Of a DNA stretch of 64,000 bases, positions 54,431 through 64,000 are shown in pieces; positions within the stretch are counted from its first letter, which is position 1, and every line of letters begins with the position of its first letter. The stretch comes from the human T2T-CHM13v2.0 reference genome, Homo sapiens, in assembly GCF_009914755.1 (NCBI RefSeq), contig NC_060927.1; one strand, 5' to 3'. The notes below the pieces were generated by a model. It saw only the letters and a list, made by a program, of their open reading frames with translations. It was not told the DNA's origin and ran no database searches. The translations under genes were made by a program, and so were the position numbers.

Positions 54431-54644
54431 TGAAGGTGGTGGTGGTTTACTGTGTGAGTTAATGATGATTGTGATGAGTCACTCTCTGTGGGACCCACGG
54501 CAGGCAGTGTCTGCTTCTGGAACCTCATTTTTCACTTCTTGTAAAAGAAGGAATCAGCCAAACTGAGCTCAGTGATCCTTGAATACCTACAGCTTTGTAA
54601 GATGTGAGTTCTGAATGCCTAAGAGTTAAAACAGTATCCAGTAT

Positions 54645-54982
<338 letters not shown>

Positions 54983-57900
54983 TTATTGGTTTGAAATTCC
55001 ATAGATAAATAGTAGCAACTGCACATATATGTGGTGTTTTCCATAGCACTCTAGACAAAGTAAGTTCTAGCCATGTTATTTAAATTAAATGTGGCCATGG
55101 CTTTACACGATAATTCACGTTTCCCAAAAGCACATCAAGCAATTTCCAGCCAATAGTCGTGCTGCAAATAGACCCAACGGTTTATCACTATATCAGCATG
55201 GAGTGCCCTACAATTGTCAAAGGAAAAAGAATTTCATCTCCAGAAAGGATCAGAGCCAAATGAGTCTCACCATTGAGAGTATTGGACTCATTCCATTGTA
55301 ACTGGGCCCAGACAATTAGAATTAGAGATGGTGCAATTATCAGGCTTATTCAAATCACGTGTGCTGCCTATCTCAGCCTGACCCAAAGACCTTTCTTATT
55401 TTTTTTCATTGGCTGAACTTCACAGAGCAGTTAAACATATACATGCTGGAGCCAGACAGCCCAAGGTCAAATTTTGGTTCTGCCACATACTCAGTGGATG
55501 AATTTGGGCAATTTACCCTCATTCTTTTTCCTCCATTCACCATCTGCAAAACAGATAACAACTGTTCATACCTCATAGTTTATTTTTTAATTTTGTCATG
55601 TTTTACTATTAAATTAATTAATTCATATTAAGCAGGACAGCATCTGGAACGCAGCAATTTCTTCATAAATGTAGCTGTTATGCCATCATTAGTTTTTTAT
55701 ATTCCATCTGCATGCTTGTGCCGCATCCACTTATAACCTAAGCTATTGTATACTTAAATCTTTATTTCATGTCAAGGGACTCACTTTTTGAAATTCAAAT
55801 AATTTAAATATGAAAAGAAAGTTTTATAAACTGAAAACCAGAATGACTTGCCATACAGAGAAATCTGTTGTAAAAATCAGAACCATGAAAATAAAAAGTG
55901 TTGCCAAATTGTAGCCAGATCCTATGAGCTTTGTGTCTGGCCTCTTCAGCTTAAAAGGAGAGGAGAGCAAATGAGAGAAAGAAGTGAAAAAGATAGAAAG
56001 GTGTTAGAAACTCCCTGCTATCAAACAAAGATGTCCTTCTTACAAAACAGACGCACTGAAAAAGATTTGGGAAGAGAATGATGTTCCCACCACGTGCCTC
56101 TTCTGTGTTGTTACTGTTGGGCCTGGAGCACCTAAAATTCACCTTACCCTCCATCTGAAAGGCAAGAAACAAATGTGTCGTAAGGGACAGAGGTTCTCAC
56201 ATTTTTTGGTCCATTTTATTCTATTTTATTTGTTTGAAAACACTACTCAAGAGAGTCATTCTTGTATTCAGCAGGCATTTAATGTTCCCTCCAATGAGCT
56301 AGCATCTTGGGGACAGAGGGATAGTGTCTGAAACCTGGCCTTTCTGGAGAATGACTACCAGCACTGTACAATCAGTGTAGTCAGGAGTCAGAGAGGCAGC
56401 CATTTGCTTGCCTTTTCTACCAAAAAGTGATGGTTCAAAAAGCCTGACTCCATGAAATAGCACGAGTGCAGCAGGAGTCATGGTGGTAGTAAAAACATAC
56501 ACTTAAGCAGCACTCACAGCGTGCCAGCTACTGTCCATGTAATTCATTTGATTCTCAAACAACCACACAAGCTTGGTACTGCTATTCCCATTTAGCAGAC
56601 GAGGACACTAAGATGTAAAATGGTTAAAAGCTTACCTGCTGTCACACAGCAGTGGCAGGATTCACTGCCTGGAATTGGTGCTTTTAGCTACTACATAGCT
56701 AGCCAGCCCCTGGCCTGTGGATGGTAACATTTGCTAATGACTAGCATTTCATGAAGGCTGTGTGCATGCATGTAGGTGGGCAAAAGTGCGTGCAGGCTTC
56801 ACTCTGCTAAGAGCTGTGCATGCTTTTGTTCATTTATTCCTCAGAACAATCCTGTGAGGTTACTATAGACATTTCCCCTTAATGTCAGTGACCAGTTACT
56901 GAAAATTCTATATTCTGACTAAAAGAGCTGATGACGAGTCTACTTCCTTTTGTTTTAAATAACAAAGATTACAATGCATTGTGCTCCAACCCCAAACCCC
57001 CAACCAATTTCCTCAAAATAATTAAACCTCAATGAAAAGCCTACATATAAGAAACCATCATGCTAGGATACTACAAATGCTTAGAATCGTTTCCTGATCA
57101 CCCCACAAGTGTTTGGTTGTTACTCAGCAGTTGTTTTGTGTGCAGTAGCACTGATGGCTTGCTTAGTGACAGCAACATCCCACATGGACAGTGGACAAAA
57201 TATCTCCCCGTAGTTCTGCCCACCAACCAGTTATATTTGGAATGTAACATGAGAGTTTGTTCACACATAGTTTTGTTAAAATCCCATTGAATTTTGGAAT
57301 TGAAATGTAAATAAGATTTTTTTTTCCTACAAAAACAATAGCTGAAGGCTTTGTACAAACTTTGGTATTGGAAATCTACAAACATTCTCTTGGGGAAATG
57401 TTAACCAGTAGACCTCCTGTGAAGAGTACCTATGCTACTAGCATCCCCATTTTACAGGTGAGAACAGTGAGGATTCGCTAGAAGTAGCAAAGCAGGGATT
57501 GGTACTCCAAACTTCTCTTACTTCAGAGCCTTCACCCTTAACCACTATACTATAGTGTCTATCATTATTGTCATCATTATAATGTCAAAATGGCTTCATT
57601 AGAATGCTACCGTTATCTTTGTTGTTGTTGCTATTATTATTATCATTATTTGACATTTACTTAACACTCATTATGTTCCAGTTACTGTACTAAGTACTCA
57701 ATATACATTGTTTTATTTACTTCTCACATCAACCTCTGATAGAACTTTATTATCCTCAGTTTACAAATAAGAAAATTGAGACCTAGTGAGGTTTTGGATC
57801 TTGCCCACTGGACAATCAACTGCCAAGCCTCTACCGAGTGCCTACTATGTGCTCATCCACATACCAGGGTTATTTAGTGCTTTAAAATTGACATGTTGTA

Positions 57901-58402
57901 TTATTGGACAGAGAGCTTCATAATAGTAGGATTTGGTTCATGGCTGTGCTTCAAAGACATTACGTATTTTACTATTTCATATTTCAATTTTCTTTCTATA
58001 ATAAAACCATGCAATTGTATCATGACCTTTGTCTCACCCTAAATAATATGGTATAACTTATATTTTATACATTTATTCAGATACACATATGTGTTGTTGC
58101 TAAGTTTGAGTAAGTCTGAGGTCAGAGACCCAGTGACTGATGTTGTCCCAGAAAGTAGAATTCTTGTGATGCATAAATGATAGCTGATCCAGCCAACACA
58201 ACTGTTGGAGGAATTATAGCTTATAGAGTTGCTTGGCAGATGAAATCACTTGACTAATTAGAAAATAATGCATTATGCTGTGCTAGAAAAATCACAGAGC
58301 AGCAGAAGCGGAACTGTGTTCTGGGTTGCTGTGGGCTGCCAGTCACAATTTTGAGCCTGTGCCTTGCATTCTTTACCTTTTTTTTTCCCACTATCCCTAC
58401 AG

Positions 58403-58514
58403 CCCAGAAATTGAAACAGACCCTGGAGCCTTGTGATACTGAATATCCAGCATTCGTCTCTGAGCGCACCATCAAGGAGACTACAGGGAATATTGCTTGT
58501 GAAGACTGCTCCAA
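58403..58514 (+). CDS. CACNA2D3: CACNA2D3 coding exon (112 nt, phase 1-2): (A)QKLKQTLEPCDTEYPAFVSERTIKETTGNIACEDCS(K), start of delta region
   Basis: Long pyrimidine tract ccctacag| and CAA|gtaagc; PCDTEYPxF...CxxC delta-subunit motif. Confidence 0.97.
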
Positions 58515-59143
58515 GTAAGCCATCCCCCCACCCTCTAACCCCCTACACCTTTCTGCTCAGCACAGAACTTTCCCAGATGGGTCTGTGTGACTTGCAGGCA
58601 CAGTTACACCAATAGAAAACATGGCTGCCCTCTTGCGTAAGGAAGTATTTCTATCAGCTTGGAAGAAACACCACTTGGCTTTATAAGATATTCTAGACAC
58701 TGGGAAGCATTCAGAATGCATGAAAAGACATCCTGCAGTATAGGAGATTTGTAGGTCAGTTTGTTCATGTTTTGAGAAAGTCTTAATTGGTGCTTTCTTA
58801 ATTGACGGTTGGCAATTTGAACTGTGTGTTCAAGAATGTCCTTACGTATCTTTACTGAAGGCACAAGCCTTCAGGATTTACCCAAACCTGATAAATTGGA
58901 AATGTTTCTTGGTGGTTGAGTATGCATTTCCCTGACTGCTAATGAGGTTGAGCCTCTTTTAATGGCTTTATTGGTTATTTGGGGTTTCTGACCTCTTTAT
59001 TTCAATTGGACAGTTCCCGTCTGGGTGATTGGATCTACTCTTACTGATTTGGGTGTTCTTTCTCTTTCGGATACTATTTCTTTACAATCGTATGCATTGT
59101 ATGTGGGTCTTCCTATTGTATGGTTTGACTCTTTACAGATGCC

Positions 59144-59262
59144 TTTTTTTTTTTTTTTTTAAGAGATGGGGTCTTACTGTGTTGCCTGGGCTGGTCTCAA
59201 ACTCCTGGGCTCAAGCAGTCCTCCTGTCTCAGCCTCCCAAGTAGCTGGGACTACAGGCACAC
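59144..59262 (-). mobile_element. Free Alu monomer (FLAM-type)
   Basis: Poly(T) plus single arm ctggtctcaaactcctgggctcaagcagtcctcc. Confidence 0.85.
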
Positions 59263-60762
59263 AATGCATAGAAATTTTCTTTCTTTCTTTCTTTCTTTCT
59301 TTCTTTTTTTAATAAGTCTAGTCATGGGCTGAGTTCCCATCTATATGCAGATCTGTTTCCAGATCTTATGGTTTCTTAATACCTATATATCAATACCGTA
59401 TCTCTTTAATTATTATAGCTTTATAATATGACTTGGTATTTAAGAGAACAAGCTCCTTTCCTTATTCTTCTTCTAAGTTTTCTTATTTATTCTTGGCTCT
59501 TTACTCTTGCATACTAATTTTGGAACTAGCTTGTTAATTTCCATGAATTCTGATAGGGTTTTCATTAAAATTTCTGTAAGTGATAGATCAATTTAAAGAT
59601 AATTACTATTTTTTATAATAAACTAAGTATATGTCTTTAGTTATATGCCTTTTCTATGCCTTTTAATACAATTTTATAACTTTATATATTTATACCTACA
59701 CACCCCATAGTTTTTCTTCTATCATAAATAGTATATACTTAAAACTACTTTTCTAATTTGAAATAACTAGTATATGAACATATCACTGATTTCTGTAGAT
59801 TGAATATTGTATCCAACACACTGCTAAATGCTCTTTGAGATCGACTTGTTTGTGTATGGATGCTCTTGGACTTTTTGCATGGACAGTAATATCATTTGTG
59901 AAACATTTTCTTTCTAGTCTCCGTACTTAATTATTATTTTCTGTTTTGTTGCACTATACTTCTGACACATCGTTAAATAAAAGCGATGAGATTAGGCAAC
60001 CATGTCTCATTCCTGATTTAAAGGAAGTGCCTCCAATAATTACATGTTAAGTATGTTTGCTAAAGGACTTTTTTATTGTCATAAAATATAAAGAATATAA
60101 AATTTACCATTTAACCATTTTAAAGTGTATAATTCAGGAGCATTCAGTACATTCACAATGTTGTGCAACCATCACTATTAATTCCATAATTGCTGTAGAT
60201 TTTTGGTAGTAACGATTTATGAGGCTGAAGAAAACTTGTAAGAATTTTTGTTGCCATTGTTATTGTTGAAATCTAAATTGATATTGAATTTTATAAGAAA
60301 ATTCAACATCCATTACAAAAAAATTTTCCTTAGTTTGTTAACATGTTACATTAATATTTCTAAAATTTTAAATCATGAAATATATATATACATATAAAAT
60401 ACTTCTAAATTTTCTTGGTTATTCTTGACTCTACTCTTGCATACTAATTTTGGAATTAGCTTATTAATTTCCATGAATTCTGATAGGGTTTTTATATGTA
60501 TAATATATGTATTATATGTACATATCGTATGTATGTATTATTTCATGATATCTATAATGTATATTTTGTGATTCTATTTTCATAAAATAAATATATAATA
60601 CATATGTATATGTATTATACATAATCTAGTATATATTACATATGTATAGTATGTATGTATTACATACTTTATATGTAGTATATATTATATATTAATAGTA
60701 TGTAGAATGTCTAATGTGAAAATATACTTGCTTTTTCAGGATGGACCTTCATTGTCATAAAC

Positions 60763-61058
60763 AGGCCAGGCGCGGTGGCTCACGCCTGTAATCTCAACAC
60801 TTTGGGAGGCCAAGGCGGGTGTATCACCTGAGGTCAGGAGTTTGAGACCAGCCTGGCCAACATGGTGAAACCCTGCCTCTACTAAAAAATACAAAAATTA
60901 GCCAGGCATGGTGGCGGGCACCTGTAATCCCAACTACTCGGGAGATTGAGACAAGAGAATTGCTTGAACTCAGGAGGTGGAGGTTGCAGTGAGCCAATAT
61001 CTCAGCACTGCACTCCAGCCCGGCAACAGAGCTAGATTCCGTCTCAAAAAAAAAAAAA
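60763..61058 (+). mobile_element. AluS
   Basis: Full Alu dimer with poly(A). Confidence 0.95.
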
Positions 61059-61795
61059 GTAATAATATATCACACATATTGCTGGATTCAATTTACTTAC
61101 ACCATGAACTTTTTGTTTTTATGCTCAAAAAGGAGAGTGGCGATACTTTTTCTTCCTTGCACTGTCATTTGGCTTTCCTATTAAGGTCATTTTATTGCCA
61201 CAAAATTACTTACATTTTCCCTCTTTCTGTAATATCTGTAGCATTTAATATAAGATGGAATCCAGTATCTGTTTCTTGAAGGCTTTGTAAAACTTATAAA
61301 ACTATTAGTGACTGGTGGGATTTGTATGTGTGTGTTTTTTCATGTGTGTATACATTTACAACTATGAAATTAGTTTCTTTTGTGGTTAGATATTTCTGGA
61401 TTTTCTTTTTCCTTTTGAAATGGTTTTGGTGATTATATTTCTTAGAAAACTGCCTGTTTCATCTCATTTTTCGAGGTTATTGCAGGCATTGTTGATAGTG
61501 TTTTCTTTTGATTAAAAATGTTACTGTATTTGTGATTTTGCCCCCTTTTAAAGTTTTTAATTGATCCTCCCTCTTGCTCCCTTTCCTCTTGCCTCCTTCC
61601 CTCTCTCTCCCTTTCCATACTGCCAGAGATGTGTTTTATCTTTCTTCTATGATTCTTGAGTTTACATTGTTTTTTTATTTTCTAACATTTTGTCTTTGAT
61701 GCTTAGCTTTTCAGGTTCATTTTATATGTATATAGATATAAGCATATATATGTCTAGGTATACATTTCTCTCTGCATTCCAGTGCATCTCTAAAT

Positions 61796-61927
61796 TATAT
61801 ATATATATATATGTGTGTGTGTATATATATATATATATATGTGTATATATATATGTGTGTGTATATATATATGTGTATATATATATATGTGTGTATATAT
61901 ATATGTGTGTGTATATATATATATATA
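61796..61927. repeat. Compound (TA)n/(TG)n alternating purine-pyrimidine repeat
   Basis: ~130 bp of alternating TA/TG blocks. Confidence 0.95.
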
Positions 61928-62704
61928 GCCTTCATTCTTATTCATCTCTAACAAGTTTCTCATTTTTACCATTTTTTGATCTGTAAATGCTTAAATCGTG
62001 TTTTAAAATGTCCAAATATATGGGAGTTGAGGCCATCCTTTTTATTACTGAAGCCTAATTAAATGGCCTTGTGGTCTGTATAACACATCTATTTTAGTAT
62101 CTGTGGAAACTTGCTTTGTATTTCCAGTCCTTGTCCACATGTTTTTGAAAGCAAGTTACATTCTCTAATAGCTGGGTACAGGGATCAATGTGCGTCCTTT
62201 GGACAAAGTATACAAATTATGTTTCAAACCTACCTTTATTTTCAGTCTATTTTAGATGTCAGTTAATCTCTCACCAGGCTTATGGACGTTTTTGTGCCAT
62301 TCAATTCATTTTGCTTTCTGTATTTTGAAGTTATGTTACTTACCATGGACATCCCTGTTCATGATTATTATAGCTGCCTAAGAAATCATTCCTGTTATCA
62401 CTATGTAATAACCCTCTTTATACATGAAAGTGCTTTATGCCCTAATGTCTATTTGGTTTGCTAATAGCAGAGGTACACTAGCTCTATTTTGGTAATACTT
62501 GCTAGCCATATTTTCCCCTTTCCCTCCATTTTCAACCCTTTTTCGTCATTTTGCACTAGGATTTTGTTTTATAAACAGAATATAGCTGGATTTGAAGTTT
62601 TTATTATTTCTGTTATCTGATAGTTTAATCTTTTAAAATTTATGGTGCTTACCAACAAGTTTGGAGTATTTCTACCATCATTTTATATGCTCTTATTCCT
62701 CATG

Positions 62705-62880
62705 TTTTTTCTTTGTTCCTTTCTTCCTTCCTTCTTTCTTTCTTTCCTTCCTTCTTTCTTTCTTTCCTTCCTTCCTTCCTTCCTTTTTTCCTTCTTTCTT
62801 TCCTTCCCTCCCTCCCTCCCTTCCTCCTTCCTTCCCTCCTTCCTTCCTCTCTCTCCTTTTCTTCGTTTCTTTCCCTTCCA
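62705..62880. repeat. (CTTT)n/(CCTT)n low-complexity repeat
   Basis: Read directly. Confidence 0.92.
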
Positions 62881-64000
62881 TTGGATTGATTGGGTTTTTC
62901 TATTCCTTTTTTTTTTTCCATACTCTATGTAAAGTACACACTATTCCTTTAGTAGTTGCCCTTTGCCTTTTTACGATGTTTCAATTGGTGAGGATCTCCT
63001 CTCTCCTCCAGAACAAACAAAAACTTAGATTTTGTTAAGTTGGATTACCTCACATCTCTTTCATATAATATTTTCTAACCTTCTAGTTCTACTGTGTTTT
63101 TAACCCATGAAATAACTATTACTATTGCTGCTGCCTATAGTAAATAACATGTTTACCTGCATTTTTTATATGTTTATAGTTACTCTTTAATTTAAAAAAA
63201 GCATTGCTTTTTGTTTTACAGTACTTCAGAAGTTTTTCCAAGAATGATCTGAGAGTGATAAATTCTCATTCTTTGTCTAAAATCCCAAATTTAGTATGTA
63301 CTCAACAGTGATGGTTTATCTCCATAACCTCAAAATTAAAATATTTTGAAGATATTCCATTGTCTTCTCACTTTTAGCCTTGTACCTTTGTAGGTAGTCT
63401 GACCTCTCCCCCGTTTCGGATGGCTTTTACAGTGTTCAGTCTCTCTCGAATGTTCTGAGGTTTCACTGAAGTGATTCCAGATATAAATTCATTTCTATTT
63501 TTATGTGCTTTATTCTGGATAATTTCTTTAAACTCATATTCCAGTTCACTAATTTCCTTTTGATCCTGTCTGGTCTGCTGCTTAAACAATCTATTGAGCT
63601 TTTCATTTCTAGACATTTCATTTGCTTCTCTTAAAAATATATGTTTTCTTTTATACAGTCTTATTCTTCGGTTCTCTGTACCAAATTATAAAAACCTTTT
63701 AAGATTGTTCTAATAGTTTAAATTTTAGGAGTATCAATCCTCTTTTTTCTTCTATCTGTGTTTTTCCATGTTAGATTATTGGCTCATGTATTTTGTCATT
63801 TTTAACTGTGAATTGATCTCTACTATTAAATATTATTTCTCTGGGAACAGAATAGAATTTGAGTTTCTCTTCACAATATATTTGCATTTTGGCTTCTATC
63901 ATGTATCCTATTAGTAACGACTGCCTGGGAATAATTGTTATGTAAGTTTTTTGTATTTAGGAATTTCTGTACCATATAATTAGAATACATATTTTTCCTA

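Larger units (their letters stand above)
59300..63900 (-). mobile_element. Ancient fragmented L1M (L1MC/MD/ME-type) region, interrupted by younger inserts
   Basis: T-rich reverse L1 ORF2/3' motifs (ttgtatccaacac..ctgctaaa, catgtctcattcctgatttaaagg, tattttgaagttatgtta, gatattccattgtcttct); subfamily and edges uncertain. Confidence 0.65.

Overview
This is primate, most likely human, intronic DNA from the 3' half of CACNA2D3 (voltage-gated Ca2+ channel subunit alpha2delta-3) on the + strand. Eight short coding exons (8249-8310, 9599-9643, 24806-24868, 27881-27951, 44951-45026, 47978-48030, 49586-49641, 58403-58514; 538 nt) all have AG/GT boundaries and matching phases. They splice into one open frame: [180 protein letters not shown]. 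From memory these are roughly exons 28-35. The rest is intron. It holds a 5.35-kb two-LTR MER41A-type provirus with a 4-bp target-site duplication (TSD), 14 Alu/FLAM copies, L1 fragments, MaLR and ERV1 solo LTRs, hAT DNA transposons, MIR/L2 relics and microsatellites. Nearly all ORFs in the supplied track are repeat-derived or chance. I found no evidence of a new multi-gene system. The most notable local signals are a near-consensus REST/RE1 site, a tiny twin-primed L1PA2-type insertion, a tRNA-Glu-like segment inside the provirus, a poly(A)-only retro-insertion, a long structured polypyrimidine repeat, and a possible antisense first exon of the nested gene LRTM1. Repeat subfamily names come from recalled consensus sequences, and many repeat boundaries are approximate.
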